64,000 nucleotides of DNA from an uncultured Bifidobacteriaceae bacterium (GTDB taxonomy: Bacteria; Verrucomicrobiota; Verrucomicrobiia; Limisphaerales; JADLHS01): the NCBI GenBank assembly GCA_964458575.1, contig CAYWMD010000009.1:54647-118646 (forward strand), read 5' to 3'. The translations under genes were made by a program, and so were the position numbers. This document shows positions 18,179 to 28,600 of the stretch, one piece after another (within the stretch, counting starts at the first letter, position 1; each line of letters starts with the position of its first letter). The notes beneath the pieces were generated by a model. That model saw nothing but the letters and a program-made list of their open reading frames with translations, was not told the DNA's origin and made no database searches.

Positions 18179-19834
18179 TCAAGGTTTGTTCAACATCGCG
18201 CCCAAGCCGGCGGGAGCATCGGAGCGAAGGCGAAACGTTCGGAGAATTTCAAAATGTGTTTCTGGCTTGGTCACCGCCCGGAGCCGACCCCACACCACCA
18301 GGGAGCTTCCGGAAGCTTCCTTGATGACCCGCCACTGGCCGATTTTTCTGCCGTTGCTGATCAATACCACCCGCCCGGCAAGGTTGCCGGCTGGCAGCGG
18401 CTGCGCCGTGATCACGTGAGTCGTCATGCTCGCGGCGTCAAAACGCATTTGCGTGATGTCCCCCTTGATGCCGTCGTTCTCAAAAATATCGGCGACCCCG
18501 ACGTTGTCGTTTCCCGGGACATCTGCCGAGACCATGTTTCCGGAGAAGCCAACGTTGGTGCTGATCACGCCGGCCGGTCCCTTGAGCACGTTGCCCGTGA
18601 AGACGCTTGAGCCAGGTGGCAATTTGGCTTCGAGGAAGCGCCAGTCCTGCCAGACGGTGTTGCGCTCAGCGGTGATCTCCGAACGTTCGAGCGCAAGGCC
18701 GCCCTTGTTGGCTGCAATGATGTTGTGCGCCAGACGCACCCGCGCCTCCATGGTGATGCGCAAGGCGCCGGAGTTCGTCCAGGAGTTGGCGTTCCCGGCG
18801 AAAACGTTGCGTTCGACGATCACATTGAACTTGTCCGCTGGCGGAAACGCGTCGAACGGCGCATCGTAGCGATGTTCCTGGCCGCCGATGAAGAGACCGC
18901 CCGCGTCGTCGCCGCCCTCGTTTCCGACAATCACGCTGTTCGCGATCCGCGGCGAGGACCAAAGCGCCACGAAGATGCCGCCGGCGTCGTTACGGGCCAG
19001 GGCTTCGTTGGCGACGACCACATTACCGACCAACTCCGGGCGCGAGCCGTCGAAGATCGAAATCGCGCCGCCGTCGCTGCTGCGCATCGGGTCGTCCAGA
19101 CCGGCGCGGTTGTTTGCGAAGACGCATCCCGTGATGCGTGGTGATGCCTGCCGGTCGCAGGCCAGCGCTCCTCCGCGGCCACACTCGGTTGCATTATCAA
19201 AGAAGTAGCAGTTTTCGAAAACGGGCGCCGCACCATTGAGACACATCACCGCCCCGCCGTCATTCGCCCGCTCGTGCAACAACGGCGGGTTCCAGTTGTC
19301 GGGCGCCAAGGTCCGGTTGCGGGTGAACACGCAATTCGCGATCACCGGCGAAGTGCCGTCGCACAACAGCGCCGCGCCCTTGCCACGCACGCGACCGCGC
19401 ACAAAATGAAAGCCGTCCACACGCGCGTCGTTCGCGCCGATGGCGATGCGGAAATTGTCCTCCCCGTCGAGCTGCGTCGCGTAAGCATAGATGTCGCGTT
19501 CGCCGCCCGGGCTGGCAAAGCCGCCGAACAGATCAACCTGCGGCTTGAGCACGAAGGTGGGCTGCGCGTAACGGCCGTGCGAGACCAGCACGGCCACCCG
19601 CTGGGTCGAGCCAGCTGTCCCAACCGATTCAAGTGCCGTCATCAGAGACTCCCACGGCTGCTCCCGCGAGCCGTTGCCTTGGAAGTCGTCACCGCGCTGC
19701 TGGTCCACGTAATACACCGCGGAATAACGCGAGAGGTCCACGGGTTCGCCACGCGGCCCGCGCGGCTCGCCTTGAGCCGCGGCCGCCAGTCCGACCAAGA
19801 CTAGGAGGAGGACTCGAAGTGTCATTGATGGCAT
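18179..19834 (-). CDS. Secreted right-handed parallel beta-helix repeat protein (polysaccharide lyase/hydrolase-like fold)
   Basis: The ATG at 19834 gives MPSMTLRVLLLVLVGLAAAAQG. The N-terminus reads YYVDQQRGDDFQGNGSREQPWESL. Repetitive N/G-rich beta-helix rungs follow (NCVFTRN, NCYFFDN, GCVFANN, NVVVANE, NSVIVGN, RNVFAGN, HNIIAAN). Confidence 0.75.
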   Translation of the reverse strand: MPSMTLRVLLLVLVGLAAAAQGEPRGPRGEPVDLSRYSAVYYVDQQRGDDFQGNGSREQPWESLMTALESVGTAGSTQRVAVLVSHGRYAQPTFVLKPQVDLFGGFASPGGERDIYAYATQLDGEDNFRIAIGANDARVDGFHFVRGRVRGKGAALLCDGTSPVIANCVFTRNRTLAPDNWNPPLLHERANDGGAVMCLNGAAPVFENCYFFDNATECGRGGALACDRQASPRITGCVFANNRAGLDDPMRSSDGGAISIFDGSRPELVGNVVVANEALARNDAGGIFVALWSSPRIANSVIVGNEGGDDAGGLFIGGQEHRYDAPFDAFPPADKFNVIVERNVFAGNANSWTNSGALRITMEARVRLAHNIIAANKGGLALERSEITAERNTVWQDWRFLEAKLPPGSSVFTGNVLKGPAGVISTNVGFSGNMVSADVPGNDNVGVADIFENDGIKGDITQMRFDAASMTTHVITAQPLPAGNLAGRVVLISNGRKIGQWRVIKEASGSSLVVWGRLRAVTKPETHFEILRTFRLRSDAPAGLGAMLNKP

Positions 19835-19993
19835 CAGTGATGAATGCGCGGATGCTGGCAGATGCACGACCCGGCTGCAAAGTCATAATCACAAAGTAAA
19901 GCGAAGCGTTGTTCCCGGCAGGCCGAAGTTTGGTGGGCGCCGGTTGCGCTGGTTGCGCTTGCACCCGGAGACATTGGTTGAAATGCTGCGCCC

Positions 19994-21397
19994 ATGACGT
20001 GGCGCCTTTCAAAACGCGTTGGCTCCATCGCCCTCTGGTTAATCGCCACTGGCCTTCAGCACGCCGCGGCTGAACCGGTCTTCAACGTGCGCGACCACGG
20101 CGCCAGAGGCGACCGAACATCCAATGATCGAAGCGCGATCCAATCGGCGATTGATGCCTGCGCCCGCGCTGGCGGTGGAACGGTCTTAATGCCGCGAGGC
20201 GATTTTCTCTCGGGAACACTGCACCTCGCCAGCGGTGTTACGGTGCATCTGGAGGTTGGTGCGACGTTGTGGGCGAGCACCAACCGGAGCGACTACCCAG
20301 CCGGTCTGTCGCACTTGCTGGTGGCGGAGAACGCGCGGCGGGTGAGCATTACCGGGCAAGGTGTCATTAACGGCCAGGGCACGGCTGATTACGGCGCGCG
20401 CTGGGGCGTGCCGGCCAAACCGGCGTTCCGCACCGGCATCCTTGTCTTCACCGACTGCCAGCAGGTCTCGGTACAAGGAGTGACGGTCCTGAAGAGCGAC
20501 GCCTGGACCCTGCACTTCAAGCGCTGCGATGGCTTGACCATCGAAGATGTGACCATCCGGAACAACTATCGCCGCCTGAATTCGGACGGCATTGACCCGA
20601 ACATGTGCCGCAACGTTCGCATCGCGCGCTGCCGCATCGTGGCGGGCGACGATTGCATCGTGCTGAAAACGACCGAGGCAAAGCCCTGTGAGAATGTGCT
20701 CGTCAGTGATTGCGTGCTCGAATCAGCGTCTTCCGCGCTCAAACTCGGCACCGAGTCGCACGGCGACTTCCGCAACATCCGCTTCGTGAACTGCGTCATC
20801 AGCAATTCGCCCACGGGCATTGGTTTATATCTCAAAGACGGTGGAACGATGGAAAACGTGGTCGTTTCGAACATCGTCATCAACTCGAGCGCGGACACCC
20901 ACCGGGTAGTCACGCCGGTCTTCCTGGACATCGAACGCCGGCACGCCGACTCGAAAACAGGCCGGCTTCGGGATGTCATCTTCGAGTTGCTCGACATCAC
21001 GAGCGGGTCAGGCGTGCTCGTGCAAGGCATGCCTGAGCGGCCCATCGAGCGGCTGAAGTTTCGCGATGTGCGATTCCGCGTGCCGCAGGCCGACGATTAC
21101 GCCACGCGGAGCAAACCGGTCGGCGGACGACGGACCACACGCGATGAGCGGGATACGCCGTTCGCCCGCGAGCCGTCCTATTTCACTGTCGCGCACGTGC
21201 GGGAGCTGGCGGTGGAGAACCTGCGCGTGGAGATCGAGCCGGTAGCCTTCCGCCAGTTTGACCGGTCAGCGTTTTGTGGTCGTCACCTGGAAAACGCCAA
21301 ACTCATCAACGTCCGCCGCTCGCCGGAGCCGCAAGAACACAGACGGCCAATTATTGACCTGAAGGATTGTCAGCAGGTTGATGTGGTCAAGAGATGA
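19994..21397 (+). CDS. Glycoside hydrolase family 28 (polygalacturonase-like)
   Basis: Signal peptide, then FNVRDHGARGDRTSNDRSAIQSAIDAC. GH28 catalytic-region blocks are NSDGIDP and GDDCIVLK, followed by SALKLGTES. Confidence 0.85.
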   Translation: MTWRLSKRVGSIALWLIATGLQHAAAEPVFNVRDHGARGDRTSNDRSAIQSAIDACARAGGGTVLMPRGDFLSGTLHLASGVTVHLEVGATLWASTNRSDYPAGLSHLLVAENARRVSITGQGVINGQGTADYGARWGVPAKPAFRTGILVFTDCQQVSVQGVTVLKSDAWTLHFKRCDGLTIEDVTIRNNYRRLNSDGIDPNMCRNVRIARCRIVAGDDCIVLKTTEAKPCENVLVSDCVLESASSALKLGTESHGDFRNIRFVNCVISNSPTGIGLYLKDGGTMENVVVSNIVINSSADTHRVVTPVFLDIERRHADSKTGRLRDVIFELLDITSGSGVLVQGMPERPIERLKFRDVRFRVPQADDYATRSKPVGGRRTTRDERDTPFAREPSYFTVAHVRELAVENLRVEIEPVAFRQFDRSAFCGRHLENAKLINVRRSPEPQEHRRPIIDLKDCQQVDVVKR

Positions 21398-21521
21398 CGG
21401 CTACGGACAAGAACGGTGTCGTGAACAGCATCGTTTCTATGCCGGGAAAGCATCGCGGCCGGAGCAACGCGACTTGCCATGGGCAGCCGACACTCGTAGA
21501 AGTTCTGCAACCTGTTAAGCC

Positions 21522-24500
21522 ATGAATCGCGCCGATCCCACCAAACTGAAAACATCTTTGGTGACACGGCTGGTGCCGATCTTCGTCGGCATGATGCTGA
21601 TCCAATCACAACCATCGTTCTGTGCCGACGCGCCGGAAGCGGCCACTCCCATTGTCACCTCGCAGAATCCCGATCCCGCCAACCTGCCGTCGCTTTGCGT
21701 GTGGCTCGAGACCAGCAAAAGCCGCAACGAGAAGCTCCCAATGGTCGCGGCTTCATTTCCGAACGTGCCCGGACTGACCTGTGATTCTTGGTGCTACGAA
21801 AGCGACGTCGAGTTCCTCGATGCCAGGGCCATCGTCGGCGGCGGACTGGAATTGCGGCATCGCGTCCGCGCCCAGCCCCAAGTTGTGCTCGTCACGACGG
21901 TGACTCCCGAACCCGGCGCCGTGGAAGTTCTCGCCCGCGCCGTGTTGGACAAGGAACGCGGCGGCGAGTTGCCGGCAAACCTGCTCACGCCCAACTTGTG
22001 CTGGCAACTTCGCCGGGCCGCTTCGTTCAAGAGCAAACCCGATCCCTATCCGGATTTCATCAAGCGTTGCTTCATCTTCACCGAAAGCGGTCGAACGTTC
22101 CTGGACCACACAACGCGCCGCAAAATCCCGGTTCGCGGGGCCGACGATCCTTACAACAACCCGCCCTGGGTGCAGATGTATGTCGGCACGTGGCAGGAAA
22201 TTCCGCAGGCCGGCACGAACTCGTGGGCCGATTACAGCCCGGACCGCTATACCACGAGGATCATCGGCACGATTTCCCGCGACGGGAAATATCTGGCGGC
22301 GCTGGCGAACGATTCGGCCGCGACGATGTGTCAGGCGTGGCATGACTGCCTTCACAACAATCCCCAGTGGACTTCGGCGGATGCGCCGCCGCAGAAACGG
22401 GTCTGGCGACTCAAGGTCTATGCGATGGCGAATGACCCCCAGGCGCTGCGGGCGCGCGTGGACAGAGATTTTCCGAACGCAGGACAGGGCTCGCGAGCTG
22501 CCGATGATGCTCTGATTGCGCGCGATGCATCTCGGCGCTTTGCCCCCTCGTCTTTGGGCACAAACGTCGTCGCCGGCCCGGCGAATTCCATTTGCGTGAT
22601 TCCGCTCAAACCCGATCCGCCGCCCGCGGTGGACGGACAATTAAACGAATGGCTCAACCGCCCGGGCGCACTCGTGCTCGATCGCCGCGAACAGGCGACC
22701 TGGGGCGGCAACAACTGGAAATCCGCCGCCGACCTCTGCGCGCGCGTGTGGCTGGCCTGGCGATCGGACACGCTTTATCTCGCAGCCAGCGTCAAGGACG
22801 ACCAACTCCGCCAGTCACAACGCGGCCATGACCTCTGGCGCGGCGATCATGTCATGCTTTTCCTCGATGCGACGCCCGATGATGCACCGCAGCAGGACGT
22901 GTTCGGCCGCGGACAATTCCAGATTGGCTTCAGCCCCGGCAACTTCTTGCGCACCGGCGATGCGGGTGTGGATTGTCCACCGGAAATCTATTGTTATCGT
23001 CCCGCCGGCGCGCGGCTGGCCGGCGCCACCATCGCTGCGACGCAAACGCCCGCGGGCTACGACCTGGAAGTTTCCCTTCCGTGGGCGCAACTGGGCGTGG
23101 CCTCGCCCCAGGCCGGAATGGCCCTGCGCCTCGAGGTCGCCGTGTCCGACACGGACGGGGCCGAACCGCGGCAGGAGAAGATGATGACCTCCTCCACGAA
23201 GGAATGGGAGATCACGCGCAGCCGGCTGACGGCGGCGGCGCTCGGCGATACTTCCGGGCGCGCCGTTGAGAGCGCCGCGGGCAAACCATTGTTCGGCGAG
23301 CTTCGCCTCCCAAACGGTGCCAGCGCGACGAACCAACTCATTGTTGCAACACTTCCCGCCGATCGCGAGGCGGTGCTGGCGCTGAAGGCGCGGATGCAAT
23401 TCGACGCTCCCGCCGGCCACACCCCCGCCCTGGAGGTGCGGGTGAACGGACGCGTGCTCAACTCCGCGCGTCTCCTCAACAAACCGCAGTTCGGCAAGGC
23501 CAACGACGGACGCATCCATCCGCTGGCCGCCGGCGAACGCTTCTCGACCTTCTACGCGCCCGATTTCACGAGCGCCGATGGTTCCCAATACGGCATTCCC
23601 AGCGTGAAGACGTCCGAGTTCGAACTGCGCCTCACAGGCCTGTTGCACGCCGGCACGAACGAACTGGTGATCGTCAATGCCGCGCAAACCTCGGTGACGC
23701 AGGCCATGGTTGTGGCCGACGCCCGCCTCGTCTTCCGCGACGTCGGCACCAATATGGTCGCCCGATCCGGCCCGCCGACCGGAGCGCTGGAGGTCTTCAA
23801 ACCGGTGGCCAGCCACCGGGTAAATTACACGGCGCGCGAACTTCCTGACTCGCGCCTCGAAATTGAGCTGAACGGCGAACGCTTCGTCGTCGAAAGCGAA
23901 TTCTCGACACCCGCGCCGTCCTGGGAGCGAGGTTCAAATAAGTTTTTTGGACACCGGCGCACGATCGAGAAGCGCGAGGAAGCCATAATCGTGTCGGACA
24001 CTTTCACCAATCTGACTTCCGAGAACCTGCCGGTGATGCAACGGCATCAGGCGCGGGCCACGGCCGGTTCGCTTAAACACATCTGGCTGGCCGGGCTTTC
24101 CCCCGCCGGTCTCGACGGCTCATCGGCGTCGCCAGAGAATCCGACGACATTCGGCGTGACTGAAAAAGGCGGATTGGGATTGCTGGCGCTGAATGACGAA
24201 TTCCTGGTTCACGTCGCCAACTACGCCAGCGACGGCCTGCTCGGTCTGGCCGACCGTCAGTTCGTCCTGCGTCCCGGCGCCCGCTGCACGGCCGAGTGGG
24301 CCATCGTGCCGGTGGAACGACCGGACTATTTTGATTTCGTCAACGCGGTGCGCCGGTTGCGCGAGGTGAATTTCACCATCCGCGACTCCTTTGCCTTCCT
24401 GCGCGCCGGGCCGCCGGTGCGGGAATGGTCGGACGCGGCGTTCACCAACTTCGCCCGGTTCAAGAGCGTCAACCTGCTCTGTGCCACGATTGATTGGCCG

Positions 24501-25484
24501 CTCCACAACGGCCTCTACCCGCACGGAACGGCGTTTCAAAAAATCGAACGCGGCCATTTCAAGGTTTGGGCCGACCGCATTCGCCGCCTGCTGCCCGGCG
24601 TGCAGAGCAGCGTCTATTTCCACTGTTTCATTGACGTGATGGAGGACTCGCCGCAGCGCTTCGCCGATGCCCGCGTGCTGCGGAGCGACGGTTCACAGGC
24701 CGACTACGGCACGCCGGGTTACAAGATTTTCTTCCCGACGGCCACCAATGGATTTGGCCGCGCGGCGGCGGGGAATGTGGACCTCATGTTCGATGAAATT
24801 GGTGTGGACGGCGTGTATTGGGACGAGATGGAATACAGCGCCTACCAGTATCACTACGGCGAACCGTGGGACGGCTGCTCGGCGGACATTGACTCGCGGA
24901 CGCATCGCATCACGCGGCTGAAGTCCTCGGTCGCGCTGGTGTCGCAGGACTGGCGCGTGGCGCTGGCGAAACGCATTCTTGCCCGCGGCCCGCTGATTGC
25001 CAACGGTCAGCCGCACACGCGGACGGTGGCGCGGTTGAAGTTTCCGCGCTTTGTCGAAACCGGCAGCCCGAGTCATTGCACGGGCGCGCAGATGTTCTCG
25101 CCGATTGCGCTGGGCGATCACCTGACCGAGCGCGGCGAAGAAGACGCCTATCGCATGATGCTGATCGTGCTCGATTACGGCTGTCTTTACCACTGGTACA
25201 ACGACCTGACCGTGATCCCGACCCATCGCACGCTCACCGAACACATGTATCCCATCACGCCGATGGAATTGCACGAGGGCTGGATCGTCGGACAGGAACG
25301 AATCATCACGAAACGCAGTGGGCTGTTCGGCTGGGGCGACCAGTCGCGCCACGAAGTTCATGCCTACGACGAACACGGTCGGGAGATGACGAACTTCAAG
25401 TCCCCGCTGGTGAAGCGCGGGGAAGCGAACTTCAGCGAGTTGCGGCTCGCGGAAGGTTGGTCGGCGGTCGTAATTCGAAAATAG
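21522..25484 (+). CDS. Large secreted protein (1320 aa) with a CBM9/DOMON-like carbohydrate-binding module; remainder unassigned
   Basis: Signal peptide LVPIFVGMMLIQSQPSFCADA. Residues ~360-540 contain DGQLNEW...WLAWRSDTLYLAASVKDD...GDHVMLFLD...FQIGFSPGN...GYDLEVSLPW. The C-terminal ~400 aa might be a TIM-barrel-like region, but I cannot assign it. Confidence 0.6.
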   Translation: MNRADPTKLKTSLVTRLVPIFVGMMLIQSQPSFCADAPEAATPIVTSQNPDPANLPSLCVWLETSKSRNEKLPMVAASFPNVPGLTCDSWCYESDVEFLDARAIVGGGLELRHRVRAQPQVVLVTTVTPEPGAVEVLARAVLDKERGGELPANLLTPNLCWQLRRAASFKSKPDPYPDFIKRCFIFTESGRTFLDHTTRRKIPVRGADDPYNNPPWVQMYVGTWQEIPQAGTNSWADYSPDRYTTRIIGTISRDGKYLAALANDSAATMCQAWHDCLHNNPQWTSADAPPQKRVWRLKVYAMANDPQALRARVDRDFPNAGQGSRAADDALIARDASRRFAPSSLGTNVVAGPANSICVIPLKPDPPPAVDGQLNEWLNRPGALVLDRREQATWGGNNWKSAADLCARVWLAWRSDTLYLAASVKDDQLRQSQRGHDLWRGDHVMLFLDATPDDAPQQDVFGRGQFQIGFSPGNFLRTGDAGVDCPPEIYCYRPAGARLAGATIAATQTPAGYDLEVSLPWAQLGVASPQAGMALRLEVAVSDTDGAEPRQEKMMTSSTKEWEITRSRLTAAALGDTSGRAVESAAGKPLFGELRLPNGASATNQLIVATLPADREAVLALKARMQFDAPAGHTPALEVRVNGRVLNSARLLNKPQFGKANDGRIHPLAAGERFSTFYAPDFTSADGSQYGIPSVKTSEFELRLTGLLHAGTNELVIVNAAQTSVTQAMVVADARLVFRDVGTNMVARSGPPTGALEVFKPVASHRVNYTARELPDSRLEIELNGERFVVESEFSTPAPSWERGSNKFFGHRRTIEKREEAIIVSDTFTNLTSENLPVMQRHQARATAGSLKHIWLAGLSPAGLDGSSASPENPTTFGVTEKGGLGLLALNDEFLVHVANYASDGLLGLADRQFVLRPGARCTAEWAIVPVERPDYFDFVNAVRRLREVNFTIRDSFAFLRAGPPVREWSDAAFTNFARFKSVNLLCATIDWPLHNGLYPHGTAFQKIERGHFKVWADRIRRLLPGVQSSVYFHCFIDVMEDSPQRFADARVLRSDGSQADYGTPGYKIFFPTATNGFGRAAAGNVDLMFDEIGVDGVYWDEMEYSAYQYHYGEPWDGCSADIDSRTHRITRLKSSVALVSQDWRVALAKRILARGPLIANGQPHTRTVARLKFPRFVETGSPSHCTGAQMFSPIALGDHLTERGEEDAYRMMLIVLDYGCLYHWYNDLTVIPTHRTLTEHMYPITPMELHEGWIVGQERIITKRSGLFGWGDQSRHEVHAYDEHGREMTNFKSPLVKRGEANFSELRLAEGWSAVVIRK

Positions 25485-25634
25485 TCCGGGCGGTCATTTG
25501 GCAATGCTTTTGCGTCATCCTGGCCATGTCCCATTGGCATCAGATCGGATCGGAAAGCGGTGGACTCCAAAAACCGGCCCGCGCATCATTCCGCAAGCGA
25601 ATGAAAGCGCGTTGTGCGCTGCGATACCCAGTTT

Positions 25635-28600
25635 ATGCCCGTACCGATCAAATCTCCTCAGTTCAAAATTAGGGTCGCAGCACGCTTCACTTCTTGGTTG
25701 TTCTGCGGGGTGCTTGTTTGCACAGCTTCGGTCACGCAGGCGTTGACGCTCACGAATGACCTTTGGCTGCACGGCAAGCTTTGGATGCGGCTGGCCAACG
25801 GCAGTTGCGACCTGAACCTCGGCTATTTCAACGCGACCAATCCAGGCCCGGAGCGGATTGTGATCCGCATTCAGCCGGCGTCGGCCTGGCGGTTTCGACT
25901 GGCGGTCGCCGGGAGCAGCGGCACGCGGATCACGGTGCCCGCCGACTGGGATCAAAAGCCCGTCGAGTTCACGCTTCACTGGATACCGACCAATGGCGCT
26001 GCCGGAGTCCTTACCGGCATGGTCTTCTGCGCCACCTGTGCCAATCAAACGTTCGCGCTGCCGGAGGTGTCCTTTAACGGTGCCGTGGCGCTGAACAGCC
26101 TGGGCGTGTGGGTGGACTCGGCCAGCAGCACGGACACCAACCAGCAGCAATTCGTTTTCGTTGACAGCGTCGAGTACACGATTCCGGATGGCGCGAGTGC
26201 CACGAAACGGGTTACGAATTTTTTCATAGGGGGTCTGGAAAGCTGGGCGAGCGAGCATCTGAACCGTACCAACGGCTTTGACTTCGGCTGGACGAACACT
26301 GCCACCGCCGGGGGCGCTGCGGGCGAAATGGGTGGCCGGTTCGTCCGGACCAGCAACTCCGACAACCTGGCCTTGCCGCGTGTGCTGGACGAGCAATCGT
26401 TTCGCCCGTCCGCGCCCCTGAAACTGGAAATCGTCCGCGCCGGCGAGGATTTGCTCATCACCTGGCCCGCACTCCATGCGAATTATCAACTTCAGCACCG
26501 GCCTGACCTGGCGGCGCCGCCGGCTTGGGCCAACGTGACCAACGCGGTGGAGGTGATCAGCGACCGTTGCGTGGTGGTCGTCCAACCCTACGGCCAGGGC
26601 GGGTTCTATCGGCTGGCAGCCCAGCCCAAAGTTTCCTTTGCCCTCGCGGCGCAGAGCGTGTGGGAAAGTGCTGCGACCGTCGCCATTCCGGTGGTTCTCT
26701 CCGAACCGGCCTTGCAACCGGTGGCGGTCAATTTTGCGGCGATCGGAGGAAGCGCCACCGGCGGCGGAGTTGACTACACACTGCCGGCCGGCCCGCTGAC
26801 TTTCGCGCCAGGGGTCACCAACCAGACCATTCAGTTCGACATCGTGAATGACAACCTGATCGAAAACGACGAGCCGGTGGTGCTGACCCTGTTCGACCCG
26901 GTCAACGCGGCGCTGGGCGACATCGCAACACACACGCTGGTGATTCTGGATGACGACACGCCGACGGGCGGCCCCACCTTTCAGAAGTACGAGACGTTTG
27001 ACAACGCGGCGGGCGCGGCGGCGCACGGTTGGACCGAATACAAGTGTCGGACCAATGGCAACAACTTTGGATTCAGCAACTCCAGCAATGCCGGCGCGGT
27101 CGCGGGTGAAGGCGGCGGCACCATCGCCCGCGCCGCCGAGGGCGGTTATTATGCCGACACCAATCTGTATGGTCTGCTCAGTCTGGACCGGCCCATCTCG
27201 GCCAGCGGCCGGCTCAAGTTCACCAACACGGTGACGGCCAGCAGCGGGTTCCGCTTGGGGCACGTCGGCGCCCGGACATTCGACGGCAGTCAGAAGAACG
27301 TCCTGGGTTTTCTCTTTCAGGAATCCCGGGTCATTCCCGCCAGCCAGATCCGGGCGTCGGTGCGCGTGTATTTGAACGACGGCACGGAGCGCAGCACGGG
27401 CAACACCGAATTGTCCTACACCGGCGGGAACATCACCTACTTCAATTACGCGTATGATCCGGATGGGAGCAATGGCCTGGGCGCGATCAGCGCCGTTTTG
27501 CGGAACAGTTCGAGCAACGTGGTGTACAGCGCCGCGTTGGGCCTGCAAGCCGGGGACAAGGGCAAGCTCGCCTTGGACGCCTTTGGCATCGCGAACGGCA
27601 ACAACTCGCCGCGGCCCGACACGATGGATGGTTACATGGACAATGTAAGTTACACGGCGGTTGCCTTTGATGCGCCGGTAATCCGGTTCGCCGCTTCCGC
27701 CGCGTCGGGATTGGAAACCCTGAGTCCGGCGGTGGTGGAGGTGGTGCTGCTGGCGGCGCAGACGAATGTCGTGACGGTGAACTATGCAGTCACCGGCGGC
27801 ACGGCTACCGGCGGCGGCACGGACTACACGCTGGCCGGCGGCGTGCTGGCCTTCAATCCCGGCGAAACCTTGAAGACGATCAACATTCCCATCGCCGCCG
27901 ACGGCGTGGACGAACCGGACGAAACGATCGTGGTCAGCCTTTCGAATCCAGTCAACGGCGTGCTGGGCAGTCCGACCACCCACACCTACACCATCGTGGA
28001 CCCGAAACCGTTCGTCGCCTTTGCGGGGACTTCCAGCAGCGCCACCGAAGATGTCGGGTTGGCTCAAGTACCGGTCATCTTGTCCTGGAGCAGTGCGACC
28101 AATGTGACCGTGGATTACGCCGTGGTTGCGGGCGGCACCGCGACGGGCGGGGGCGTGGATTATACGCTCGCCAACGGCACGCTCAACTTTGCTCCCGGCG
28201 AAACCAGCAAGTCCCTCCAAATCAGCGTCGCCTACGACGGCTTGCCGGAGCCGGATGAGACGGTCTTGCTTCGCTTGAGTAATCCTGCGCGCGCGAAGCT
28301 GGGCGCCATCACGAACCACACTTTCACGATCATTGACACGGCCCCCGCCGTTTCATTCGCCACCGCGAGCCGCAACGGCCAGAAGTCCGTCTCGCCGGTC
28401 GCCATCCCGGTGAGGTTGCTGGGCGCGGCCACCAACGTGGTGACGGTGGATTACGCGGTCTTGGCCGGCAGCACCGCGATCGGCGGCGGCGTGGATTACA
28501 GCCTCACCAACGGCACGCTGATCTTCGCCGCGGGCGAGAGCAACAAAGACATCAACCTCACGATCGTCAACAACCCGACCAACGACACTCCCAAAACAGT

